Below are positions 50,448 through 63,385 of a DNA stretch of 64,000 nucleotides, piece by piece (the stretch's first letter is position 1; every line of letters starts with the position of its first letter). Origin of the DNA: Eledone cirrhosa (Eukaryota). A program made the translations under genes and the position numbers. Location: contig OZ024743.1 in assembly GCA_964016885.1 (NCBI GenBank), positions 170,562,001 through 170,626,000 on the forward strand, read 5' to 3'. The notes beneath the pieces are model-generated. The model made no database searches and had not been told where the DNA came from. It worked only from the letters and a program-made list of their open reading frames with translations.

Positions 50448-51099
50448 TATATACATATATATATATATAAATTTCAAGTTATCAATAATGTAGTGATAAT
50501 ATATCGTCACGTTAGAGATGAACAGCATACGTGTAGGTTTGCTCAAAGAGTATAAATTATATTCCGGAGAAAATGTAGAAAAGATGAATATAAAATGAAA
50601 GTGCTTTTATAAAGGAATTTATTAGGTATTGATATATGTTTCTGTAACAGACAGAATACCGATGTATCGCTGCTTGCGTAATCATATAATGTTAGCAAGT
50701 ATTCGATAGCAAATGTATAATCAGTTGTCACTTTTCAGAGATATTGGATAAATTGGAAAAAATCAGAAAAAATCAAAGTATTTATATTAGTTGTAAGAAA
50801 GGAAGAAGAGAAGGGATAGTATATGACAGATGGCAATTCAATTTGCTGGTAAACAAGTATATAGAAGGTTTTTAATGAGAATACAATGAGTATATGGCTT
50901 ATTTTATCTAAATAAGAATTTTTGGGAGTGCCTATTTTAATCTATATTTAACCAATTGAACAATGGACAGGGCTGGTGGTTTGGTGTAGTAGTATTAATA
51001 CAGATATAAAGTGTCAAGTAAGGAAGAGAGAGATTTTCACTGCTACTGTATAACAACAATGCTGGTAGCCTGCTGTTATATGCATTAGGGAATTGAATT

Positions 51100-52625
51100 A
51101 AGAAATCTCATTTTATCTATAGCAGTTTATATTAAATGGTAAAGAATAGAAGAGTTGATAGAATTAAGACTAATAGAGAATGTTAATATGTAATTTGACA
51201 ATCAAACGGAGATGGAGACAGGTGTTCAATCCTGGTAGCGTTTGTAATATGAAAATGTAGATTTCAAGCTCTATTCTGTTATTTAATAAAATATTTTTGG
51301 ATTTCATAATACAAAATATTTCCATATTACACAATTTACAAAATTCCTGTCCTCGGAAATATGCATGGGCCACAGTAATTATATCCCATTTTAGGGTAAA
51401 TTGTTGGTTATTTTCGCGCAGCTGCCAAGCCTTGTCTGCGAGTGTTGTTACATAACGCTGGTTTTCATGTTTTATCGAGTAACGATGTCTATAAAGGCGA
51501 GATTTGAAGGAGGTAGCTGTAGACTCCACATAGTACCACTTCTGGCTACCCGATTCGATAGTACATTTGTATATGATGTTGCGTTCAAGACACTGATTGT
51601 TCAACGGACACATTCCTGGTTGTACACAGTTACAGTTATAATTATGCGTTGTTGTATTACCATGGATGGGTTGATGAGGTTGCTTAGGCAGGACGGGATG
51701 TTGTTTGTTGTTTTGTGATGTTATAGCCAATGTTTTGCGTGTATTGTTATGTGTTGGAAGGCGTTTATACCACCGTTTTGCGTTAAGCTTTTTTATATGT
51801 TGTTCAATATTAGGGGCGGTTGAATATGAAAGTCGAATAGTGTTAGGGTTTAAGATTTTATTATATTTATGTGATGTTGGAAAATGTTTTTTAACTAATA
51901 GAAAGAATTGTGAGGGTAGATTGGTTTTAATAGAGTTGTTATAGACCGGGTTGTACCATATATACTCTTTACATCGTCTTCTGTTTGGTGGTGTGCGACT
52001 ATTAGTGTGTCTATTGCGGTAGTGTATGTATGGTGGTGATTCTATGCTATTTCTACCTCTATGAGATTTATTTTGGGTGTTTTGGTGATCGTCGACTATA
52101 TACTCTATATTATCTAGGTGTCTAGCCTTCCTAAGTGCATCATCATAATATTCGGCATGTTCTTTGAAGGTTTGCTGGTTGGACGACAGGCGGGAGATTC
52201 TAAGGGAAATATTTCTAGGGGTGGATTTAATTATAGAGGGTGGATGGTTAGAACCCGTATTTACATATTTAAGGTTCTCAGTTTATGGAACGGTTTAATC
52301 GTTTCTGTATTGAGATTCAAAGTAACATCAAGGAAATTAACCTCTTTGAGGTTATATTCAAACGTAATATTTAATCCTAGTTCCTTAAAAAGCTTTCTAT
52401 TATTTTTACGCATCCTTTCTAAATTCTGGTTATTCATATGCTTAACTAATAGGAGCGCATCGTCACGGTAGAGTCCACCGTGGAGATCCTTATATTTTCC
52501 TTGTAGTCTGTGAGTGATATAAATTCCCACAAGATCAGTTACTTACGCCAAATCATTGGAACCCATAGTTATATCAAAATTAGAAGGTCTATCTTTGCGA
52601 ACCCAGTAGCTATCATCAAATTTAA
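51100..52625 (-). mobile_element. Penelope-like element (RT 3' half + GIY-YIG), degenerate
   Basis: FDITMGS.D, GLYRDD, VNFLDVTLNL and WYNP motifs; CNC..CPLNNQCLERNIIYKC..YV.ST..FKSR..H..CKLC..E. Confidence 0.88.
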
Positions 52626-52675
52626 CAATAGTATATATATATATTTAACAATATATATATATATATATATATATA

Positions 52676-54717
52676 GGAACGAGTAGGACCCCGACGGCTG
52701 AGCTCAAGCCGTTTCGACGGCTAAATGAAAATTTTTCTCCTGGTATATGAATAGCCGAGCTTCTCAGGGGGTAATTCCATATATGGTAAAAGTGATTGTC
52801 ACAAGGATTGGTCAAAAGTTTGTTGTTGAGACACATAATTCTATCATGGCAATTTGTGGAAGGAAGGGGTAGCTGAACCTGCCAGTAGAAGAAAGAGGGA
52901 GAGGGAGTGGAGGAAACCCAGTCGTGCGTTGATAGTGCCAACTACAGCAGGGCAGGAGGTCAAGCAAGTATACTAGGGAGGGGAGGGGGAGGAAGTCGAA
53001 ACAATAAGTAAATCAATATGGAGTAAATATATAGAATACCAAGAATGTTAAAAATATAAAAAAACAATTTCTGGTTGCTATTCCCTAACGACAGCCATCA
53101 AGTCTCTCACTGGAACTGCTAAACTATAGAAAAGTTTACTAGGTGGGATGGAATTGTAATGAGACCATTTTAAGAGTTAGTAGTAATCAACCGAGTATAT
53201 CCTACGGTGACAGGTCAACAAGTGGGGGGCCAAAACACTAAAGAAACTACCACGAAATAATAATTCAGAGACCCGAAACTAATACGAAATAATTGTTTCT
53301 ACCCTAGGCACAAGGCCAGCAACCACCCAGTGCAAAAAATAAACTAATACGAAATAATAATTCAAAATCCCGAAAATGAACACTAATACTATCTCTAAGG
53401 GTGCCACTACGATACAAAAATTCTAGTGCTAACTACATAAATGCTCGTACGAAGTATATGAAAAATTTGATACGGAAAATTAATATCTTTTTATCGTTTC
53501 CTCTATATTTCCTTCTTCCCCCCATCCCTTCCTAGTCCTTCCACCCCAGTCCTCCTTCTTTGTCGTCGTCCTTTTCATTTTCTCGCCCACCCGAGGCAGT
53601 CTCTCGGTCCTTTGTGGCCTCTGTACCTCCAACCCATCCCCTATTCTATGATAGAGTTGGCCGACTCCACTTTTTATAGCAGATGTGATGGACACCAGAT
53701 GCTTGCTTTCTTATCCGATGGCTGCCCCATTTCCGTGCTTTCTACATTTCTTAGTGGTATCTCTGCTTTAGTTTCTCGTGTATCAGTATCTTTTTTTGGG
53801 AGGGGGGGGGGGGTTCTGAATTAATTTTCCGTATCAAATTTTTCATATACTTCGTACGAGCATTTATGTAGTTTGCACTAGAATTTTTGTATCGTAGTGG
53901 CACCCTTAGAGATAGTATTAGTATTCATTTTCGGGATTTTGAATTATTATTTCGTATTAGTTTATTTTTTGCACTGGGTGGTTGCTGGCCTTGTGCCTAG
54001 GGTAGAAACAATTATTTCGTATTAGTTTCGGGTCTCTGAATTATTATTTCGTGGTAGTTTCTTTAGTGTTTTGGCCCCCCACTTGTTGACCTGTCACCGT
54101 AGGATATACTCGGTTGATTACTACTAACTCTTAAAATGGTCTCATTACAATTCCATCCCACCTAGTAAACTTTTCTATAGTTTAGCAGTTCCAGTGAGAG
54201 ACTTGATGGCTGTCGTTAGGGAATAGCAACCAGAAATTGTTTTTTTATATTTTTAACATTCTTGGTATTCTATATATTTACTCCATATTGATTTACTTAT
54301 TGTTTCGACTTCCTCCCCCTCCCCTCCCAGTATACTTGCTTGACCTCCTGCCCTGCTGTAGTTGGCACTATCAACGCACGACTGGGTTTCCTCCACTCCC
54401 TCTCCCTCTTTCTTCTACTGGCAGGTTCAGCTACCCCTTCCTTCCACAAATTGCCATGATAGAATTATGTGTCTCAACAACAAACTTTTGACCAATCCTT
54501 GTGACAATCACTTTTACCATATATGGAATTACCCCCTGAGAAGCTCGGCTATTCATATACCAGGAGAAAAATTTTCATTTAGTCCAGAACTAGCCGTAGA
54601 AACGACTTGAGCTCAGCCGTCGGGGACCTATTCGTTCCTATTATCCACTCTACTACCCTAAGTATTGAGTACTTTGGTGCGTTATGGTCCACCTGGTTCC
54701 TTACCACATTTCCTTCG

Positions 54718-54720
<3 letters not shown>
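52676..54720. mobile_element. Large fold-back element: ~810-bp inverted arms (52676-53483 / 53821-54640), 337-bp spacer, 80-bp tail; hammerhead-like motif in each arm
   Basis: Arms are near-identical reverse complements (also visible as duplicated ORFs 52645-52941 and 54362-54610); (TA)n on both flanks. Confidence 0.88.
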
Positions 54721-54754
<34 letters not shown>

Positions 54755-54796
54755 TTATATATATATACATATATTATATATATATACACATATATG

Positions 54797-57290
54797 GGAG
54801 AGAGAAAATCCTCAACGCTCACATGATGATGTGGACTGACATCGTAAAGCCAAGCAGACGCACTGCCAACAACTTCCAGCCGTCTAACAATGGAATACCA
54901 CCCTTGTATGGGCTCCGCAAAGACCACAAGACAGTCGACGACCCGACAACAGGACCACCAACAAGACCCGTATGCGGAGCTAATATAGCTAGTAACTACA
55001 GGATCTCCTACTTCCTCTCAATGGTTATACCCCCCATAATCAAGATGTCCCCAGATGTATGTGACAGTACAGAGGACCTCCTCAGCAGAATCAATGAGTG
55101 CAACAAAAACAGGAACCTATCCAACTGCATAATAGGCAGCATGGATGTGGTGTCACTGTACCCATCCATTAACATTGATTTTGCTGTGAAAAGATGTGTG
55201 GAGATGATCATTGAGAGTGAGGTGGAGTTCTGCGACGTCGACACAGACGAACTGGGCCTCCTACTTAGACTTACCTACGACACTGACTACCTAGACAGCC
55301 ATGACCTTAGACGTTTCTGCCCTAGTAGACCTATAAGAGGTAGACCCCCCACCATAACCTCAATGGCAAAAAGACTCCCATGGGAAGGTGGATTGGGTGA
55401 ACCAAAGCTATACGGACCCCCCAAAACAATGATCAGGTAAGAAAAATGGTCGCACATGCAATAGGGGCTAGTATCAAAACTACCCTAAAGGGCCACATAT
55501 TTAAGTTCAACGAGAAGATCTACACCCAAAATGAGGGAGCAGCCATTGGCGTCAGCATAGCTGGTGATGTTGCCAACCTTTTCATGGTATGGTGGGAAAG
55601 AAGACTTAAAGATCTCCTTAATGAGAGCTCCATAGACCTCATCATGTACTCTCGTTATGTAGACGATATCAATATAGTTATAAGAACATCCCCACAAGAG
55701 AGCACTAACAAGTTTGATTTAGAATGGAGCACAATGGAAAGCATCCAGCAGATAGCTAATTCCATACACCAGAGTATAACTGTAACTATCGACTACCCTT
55801 CCAAACACCCTAACAATAGAATACCTGTATTAGACACGGAACTCTGGATTAACACTATAGACGAGAGAGCCCAAATTCTCCACTCACACTATGCTAAACC
55901 CATGGCCTCCAAATACCTGATACTCAAAAGCTCAGCAATGTCCAGTAGTGCTAAGTTTAATATTCTGATCGCAGACTTAGTACGAGTGATGAAGAACGTG
56001 TCCCGCATGTACAACCCAAACGAAATGGAAAGACACATCCAACACTTCATCAACCGCATGCAGTTCTCTGGCTACAACCAAAGAGACAGAGTCAGAGTAT
56101 ACGAAGGAGCCATGGAGAAGTATAAGACCCTCATAGAACTGGACATAAAAGGAATTTTCCCATTATACAGGAGCAAGTCATGGAATAGCTAAGATAGAGC
56201 TAGACATAAGATAGGGAAAGCCACCTCATGGTACGACAACCAGAGATACCAGAGTGTCATGTTTGTGGACGCTACCCCTGGAGGGAAATTAGCTAACCAG
56301 TGTAGAAAGGCCCTGAGAAAGACCCATTTAAAAATTAAGGTGGTAGAAAAGCCAGGAACCACCATAAAATCCCTGATCAGCAAAACCTACCCTTTTAAGA
56401 AAACCCACTGTACCAATAGGAAATGTATCATATGTAAGGTAAACCCCCGGATAAACTGTAAAACTAGAAACGTAGTCTATAGCATAAGATGTACAGAGGG
56501 TACTTGCAGAAACATGACAACAACATACATAGGTGAGACAGCTCGTAGCATAGGTGAAAGGATAGACCAACTCTGGGGGGAACTAAAAGGACGAAAAAAC
56601 AGGTCAGTACTATACGAACATGCTAGACAACAACATGACGGTAACAATAAACAACATAGAAATTAGAATAATATCTAAACATAGAAATGACCCAGCAGAT
56701 AGGCAAATCAGAAAGGCCAGTGAAATAGAAATTAGAAGACCAAGACTAAACAGAAAGAATGAATGGAATAACAACAACACCCAAACAAACAACACTGACC
56801 TAAGAGAAGTATAAATAAGTAAATAAAATAAAATAAATAAATAAATAAATACATACATAAACACACACTAGTCACCCATCACACAGCAAACAAAACATTA
56901 TACACACACGCAAACGCATGCGCAAAGAAGACAAAATAAAATAAACAAACAAACAAATAAATAAATAAATATATAGACAGACTGAATAAAAAGGGCGTAG
57001 ACATACAATACAACAGGAGGAAATGATAACACCACTGACGATGTTGCAGATGTGCAACGAAAGATTTATGATAAACTATATATATGTGTTTGTGTCTATA
57101 TTGTATCTGTATTATTTTTGACCGTCGGTCAGTCAATGGCAACATTGAGAACCGAGTAAGTTAGATTACCGATATAAAAGACACAGAAGCGAGAAGCGAA
57201 AACCAACCAAACAGTGAGTGTGTTCTGTTATTAATTCTGTGCTGATACGGCCTACCATATACGGACGCTTTAACCATCCAACACCGATTA
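54797..57290 (+). mobile_element. Penelope-like element (Neptune-like), 5'-truncated; RT + Cys linker + GIY-YIG (54797-56814) with frameshifts and one stop
   Basis: LYGLRKDHK, PTRPVC, GSMDVVSLYPSI, GAAIG, YSRYVDD, FVDATPGG, C..C..C and NVVYSIRC..YIGET motifs; pLTR hammerhead relic at 57031-57072. Confidence 0.9.
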
Positions 57291-57296
57291 TATATA

Positions 57297-57342
<46 letters not shown>

Positions 57343-57346
<4 letters not shown>

Positions 57347-57638
57347 AAATGAGATTAATAATATATTTGTTGTTCAATGGTATTAATTTGAGATACCAGA
57401 ACTATAAAATTGAGATGAACGGAACAAGTAAACATTAAACAATCTTTTTAATAAATTAAAATACGATTTAAATATTTACCTATCCAAAATGCTTCCATTG
57501 GATGTCCTTTGGATTTCCAATCTTTTGTGAGGCGAAACCGTCGGTAAAAGCATTTTGGCTAGCTAAATATTTAAATCGTATTTTAATTTATTTAAAAGAT
57601 TTTTTAATGTTTACTTGTTCCACTCATCTCAATATTAT
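57343..57638. mobile_element. Fold-back element, inverted copy of 50152-50447
   Basis: Reverse-complement similarity over the full length. Confidence 0.75.
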
Positions 57639-58026
57639 ATATATATATATATATGTAGAAGTTATATTTAAATTATTGGGATACAACAAGCAAATATTTT
57701 TATACCTGATATAAAGCACTCAACAAATAATTGGAGTAAAAATACGATATTAACAAATGGAAACTATATTTATAAAACCATATTTATTTCATTATACATA
57801 TTTCAAGGACACCAAGTTAAATTATGATGTTCTTTCATCAGATAAAATATAATATTGAGCAGTTTTATAAATAAATATTGACATACCCTTTAAGAATGCA
57901 ACCATTACTGTTGGAAGCTCCCGGATATATATATGTATGTTTATATATGCCCCCCCCCCACTCAAGAGCATGAAACTAATAAACCTTTGATCGTACTGCC
58001 TCTCTGTTTTGTTCCCGTTCCATGTT

Positions 58027-58102
<76 letters not shown>

Positions 58103-58175
58103 TACATATATATACATACATATATATTTACATATATATATACATATATATATACATATATATATACATATAAAT

Positions 58176-58832
58176 GAGCAACGATGGTTGCTAGACACTG
58201 TACGCCTTAATTCGGGATGTTTGTTTACAAACACACCGAGCATTATAATAAATGTTCGGTGAATCCATACGTACATATATATATGTGTGCATGTATGTAT
58301 ATATATATACATACTACTGTACGTCTGTATACATGTATGTATGTACGTATACATACTTATATTTAAGTAACTAAGAGTGAGAAATGAAATTTCGTTTCAT
58401 TTTTTACGTTTATCGTTTTCGGTACCCCGGCTGATTATCTCACTCGATATGAAAATTAGGCTGCTCAGCCATTAATATGCATAAGGAAAGTATATACCTT
58501 CAAACGTTCAATCATCTGGCAGGAAGGTATACGTTGCTGATGATAGCTAATAAGCTTGAAACTAGTACAGCGTTCCTTTGTCAGGGTAGAACAACGATGG
58601 TTGCTAGACACTGTACGGCTTAATTCGGGATGTTTGTTTACAAACACACCGAGCATTATAATAAATGTTCGGTGAATCCATACGTACAAATATATATGTG
58701 TGCATGTATGTATATATATATACATACTACTGTACGTCTGTATACATATATGTATGTACATATACATACTTATATTTAAGTAACAGCTGTACTAAGAGTG
58801 AGAAATGAAATTTTGTTTCATTTTTTCCGTTT
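58176..58832 (+). mobile_element. Retrozyme/pLTR-like element with 413-bp partial tandem unit, subfamily of 902-2122
   Basis: CAACGATGGTTGCTAGAC occurs at 58179 and 58592; shares TTAGGCTGCTCAGCC..GAAAGTATATAC and the hammerhead with 902-2122. Confidence 0.75.
58531..58573 (+). ncRNA. Minimal type I hammerhead ribozyme
   Basis: ACGTTG-CTGATGA-TAGC TAATAA GCTT-GAAA-CTAG-TA-CAGCGT; stem I pairing is kept despite substitutions. Confidence 0.8.
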
Positions 58833-58912
58833 ACATATATATACATATAAATATATGTATATATATATATATGAGATATGTATATATATATATATATATG
58901 TATATATAAAAA

Positions 58913-60708
58913 GATGAGATGCAATTTGGGTTTGTACCAGTAAGAGGTACCACTGATGCCCTCTTCCTTGTGTGGCAGTTACAGGAAAAGTTCCTAGCTA
59001 AAAGTAAGCCACTCTACCTGGCATTCGTCGATCTCAAGAAAGCCTTTGACAGAGTTCCATGTGGTGTAATCTGGTGGGCTCTTAGAAAACTAGGAGTAGA
59101 TGAATGGCTTGTGAAAGCTGTACAAGCCATGTATAGGGGAGCAGTCAGCAAAGTTAAGATTAGCAATGAGTATAGCGAGGAATTTAGTATACAGGTTGGG
59201 CTCTGTTCTTAGCCCCTCCTGTTCATCATAGTTCTGCAGACAATAACGGAGGAGTTTAAGACCGGATGCCCATGGGAACTCCTGTATGCTGATGACCTCG
59301 CACTTATAGCTGAATCTATGGTAGAACTAGAGAAGAAATTCCAAACTTGGGGAACTCAAAGTCAACAAGACAAAGACTAAGGTCCTTGTAAGTAGACGAG
59401 AAAACAGAACCCAGATCCCCTCAGGGAAATGGCCTTGCTCAGTATGTAGGAAAGGTGTAGGTAGGAACTCCATTCTCTGCCCCAAATGCAAACAATGAGT
59501 ACACAAGAGATGTAGCGGGATCTCAGCAAACAACCACAAGAAATAAGTACCACCAATCTCTGGGAGGGCTCTGTAGAGACAGTAGACAGCTTCTGCTACC
59601 TAGGTGACCGAATTAGCAGCGGAGGTGGGTGTTCAGAAAGTACAATAACTAGGGTAAGAACGGGATGGAAGAAGTTCAGGGAACTACTGCCACTGCTAGC
59701 TGTAAAAGGCTTTTCCCTCAAAATGAAAGACAGACTGTATGATGCGTGTATCCGAACAGCAATGTTACATGGTAGTAAGACCTGGGCACTGAAGGTGGAA
59801 GACTTACGTAGATTAGAGAGAAACGAAGCCTGCATGCTCCGATGGATGTGTAATAGTAATATACACTACCGACAAAGCATAAATGAATTGAGAGAGAGAC
59901 TGAGTATAAGAGGAATCAAATGCTGTGTGCAGGAGAGGCGGTTGTGTTGGTATGGACATGTGATGCGTATGAAGGATGACAGCTCCATAAAAAAGTGCAG
60001 AGCACTAGAAGTCGATGGAAACCACGGAGTGGGGAGACCCAAGGTGACCTGGGATGAGGTGATAAAAGCCGACTTTACCCAATTACACCTCTCCAAGACG
60101 ATGACACACGACCGTGACCTCTGGCGTCACGCAGTAATACAGAGTACCCGACCTCCCATGGGTACAAGATGAATTGAGAGAGAGACTGAGCATAAGAGGA
60201 ATCAAATGCTGTGTGCAGGAGAGGCGGTTGTGTTGGTATGGACATGTGATGCGTATGAAGGATGACAGCTCCATAAAAAAGTGCAGAGCACTAGAAGTCG
60301 ATGGAAACCGCGGAGTGGGGAGACCCAAGATGACCTGGGATGAGGTGATAAAAGCCGACCTTACCCAATTACACCTCTCCAAGACGATGACACACGACCG
60401 TGACCTCTGGCAGTAATACAGAGTACCCGACCTCCCATGGGTACAAGATGAAGCATATAGACAATATTCCCCAACACCCTCCCACTGCAAGGTGTTCGTG
60501 GAGGTGCCACGGCAAAAAAGCATCCAGCCCACACTGTAAAGTGGACGTGTAGGCGCCACGAAAAAGCACCCAGCACTCACTGTAAATGAGGTTGGTGTTA
60601 GAAAGGCATCCAGCTGTAGAAATCAAGCCAAATCAGCCGACCAGACACTGCCCACAACAGGACAACACGTCTAACCCATGCTGGCGTGGAAGAACGGACG
60701 TAAAACAA
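58913..60708 (+). mobile_element. RTE LINE 3' half with 286-bp internal tandem duplication
   Basis: Close relative of 3815-5420; 59883-60168 is repeated from 60169. Confidence 0.92.
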
Positions 60709-60997
60709 TTTCTATACCTTTCATTTATATATATATATATATAATATTGAGATGAGTTTATCTTGGAGTAATAATATTAAAAGAGTGAAGAATAACATGA
60801 TCAACAGTACAAAAAAGGGGTTTTCTTTACAGTCTTAATGATAATGATAGTGAAAATATTTTGTACAGTGCCCAGGTGCACTACAACTCATCAAAAGTGT
60901 ATGTATAGTACATAGGGTAATGTGCAAACGTCAGGAAAATGAACAGTGCATGAGTCATGATATACACATGTGTGCATGTGTATGGAAGGGGGACATC

Positions 60998-62142
60998 AGG
61001 TTTAGTTTTGGCGAATTTCGGGAAGCATGAGGGTTTTAAAGGATGCAGTGTCTCGGCAGCTAACAACTGATGCAGGTAGTTTGTTCCATGCTTCAGCAAC
61101 TGTAAGCATGAAAAAATGTTTCCAAAAGTCATGGCTGTTTTCTGACTTTGTAGGCATGTCCACGTGTGTTAGACACATGGAGATCAAAAAGGCGCTCAGA
61201 GTTGTTGTTGGCGAAATGGTTAATAACTTTGTTGGTGTTTACCAAGTCCATTGCCAGACGTCGGAGCTTCAATGAATCCATGCCCAGGGAAGCAAGGTGT
61301 TCAGAGTATGGTAGGTGTCTGATGGAGGGTATGCGCTTGGTTGCACATCTCTGAACAGTTTCCAGCAAGATAGGGGTTCCAGACTGATGATGCGAATTCC
61401 AAGTGTGGTCGTACCATAGCTGTATACAGCTTTAAATAGATGGCTGGAGAGCGTCTAACAAAGGTCTTGCTGAGTGATGCCAAGACACCCTCGGCCTTCT
61501 TGACAATTTTAGAGATGTGCTTTGTCCAACGCAAATCGCTGCTGACAGTAATGCCCAGGTCACGTTCACAAGATGACTTCTTGATACATATGAAAAATTA
61601 TTGATCAATAGTGTCAACTCCTTTATCAATAGAGTGAGATGTAGACGCTGGATTTTTCCTCCCAAAATGCATGGTGGTACACTTGACCACAGCCAGCTTC
61701 AGTTGCCAGTCATTGATCCATTGCTGCTTTGTGTCCAGGTCTGATTGTAGGAGAGAGTTATAGATTTTAGGATCTGTCCTTTTAATTTCAAGGTACAAGC
61801 TTGATGTCATCTGCATATTTCAGTACTGTGGCATTCTTTAAGTTGGCATCTATGTCATTAATGTATGCAACAAACAAAAGGGGACCAAGAACAGATCCCT
61901 GTGGTACATCTCATATGGTGAAGAATGCTGTCCTAGAACCGTGACTACCTCTTTTCGACTGAGAATGAAGGATTTCAACCAGTTAAAAAGATCATCCTTC
62001 ACACCCATTACAGAGAGTTTCGCCATAAGTCTTTTGTGTGGCACAGAGTTAAAAGCCTTAGCGAAGTCAAGGTAAACAACATCCACCCATGAGCCGCTGT
62101 CAGTGATCTGGGTAATGTATTCAAGGAACTCGATAAGCTGAT
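60998..62142 (-). mobile_element. CR1-group LINE RT/3' fragment
   Basis: DVVYLDFAKAFNSVPH, QGSVLGPL, ADD.KL, VRPHLEFASSVWNPY and NTRGH..K motifs. Confidence 0.88.
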
Positions 62143-62699
62143 TAAAATTAAAATTAAAAGCATAGTGTGGAATACATGCGTCAGATAATACAGATAATAC
62201 AAGAGAATAGTCTATTAATTAAATTAGAGAGATAGTACATGCGTTAGTCAGAATGGAAGAAGCAAATGTATCATGCATATATGAGTACTGTATGGCAGGG
62301 TATTACATAAAATACAAGCACTTTAAGCGAATATGTTAGTGTATTATGGTGGGTGCAATGCGAGGATATTTTCTGTATAGTTCAAATTTGTATGTGTGTA
62401 GAATATGAAAGTTGCAGATTTCACATCTATTGCATAAGTTAAGATATATTTGTATTGAATGTTTGTTATAGTAATGGATTGTAAATTAGTGTTATTTAAT
62501 CCATATTTATGGATTAGAGTTGTTTAACTACGGGAATTTTCAACGGTTTAATATCTGGAAGTGGATATGGAATTAAGGGGAGGTAACTAGCTCATTATAA
62601 TAATTAAATTCCTTGCTCTAATAGACATTATTTAGTGCCTCAATTGAATCCCTTATATAAAAAGTTATATATTTATATTTAATTTTAAATACAGTCTAC

Positions 62700-63385
62700 T
62701 CTCTCATATGCTGATCAAAGACTACCTTCCTATGTCTACTAAGAACATACCAATACCATCTAAAGATACATATGAAAAATTATTGATCAATAGTGTCAAC
62801 TCCTTTATCAATAGAGTGAGATGGAGGACATTCCATTATGATAAAAACAGATCTAACAAAACCAATGATACTAACAATTTGACTCCTTCGGCTTTAAAAC
62901 TTTTAAAAGCCCTCCTCACAACACATTATTAAACTCTCTTGAAAATGACCTAATAAAACTAGTTAAGAACATTAAATACAAAAAGCATTGTAATAGAAAC
63001 AACACCTTCTTAAACAAACTTAACTCCACTATTAAAGGATTCAATACAAATAATAAAATTATTGTACATGCAGATAAAACTAATAATATATATAGCCTAG
63101 ATTATGATATATATAGAAAATTTATATATAAAGAACTACATAGGAGCTATAGGAAAACTACTATTAAAAACCTAGAAGATATTAATTTGGAAGGCCATAG
63201 TATAGTGTGTAAATTGGGACTTCAGAGGCATACGCAAGATTCTCTCTGAAGGTCTATAAGGAAGACTAATCTGCCTTTCCAAATCTGACATTGGTATTAT
63301 CAGTAAGAAAATTTTAGATAAAATCATCCCACAGATTAAGCACAAAATATACCTTAACCAGTGGGGAAATACAGGTGGAGTTATT
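62700..63385 (+). mobile_element. Penelope-like element 5' ORF fragment
   Basis: STKNIPIP...FINRVRWR, VHADKTNNIY and RLICLSKSDIG.ISKKILD motifs. Confidence 0.72.

Noticed and set aside
56190-56192. Programmed readthrough or selenocysteine in the PLE ORF
   Set aside because: The stop is TAA, not TGA, and the ORF also has frameshifts; ordinary decay.
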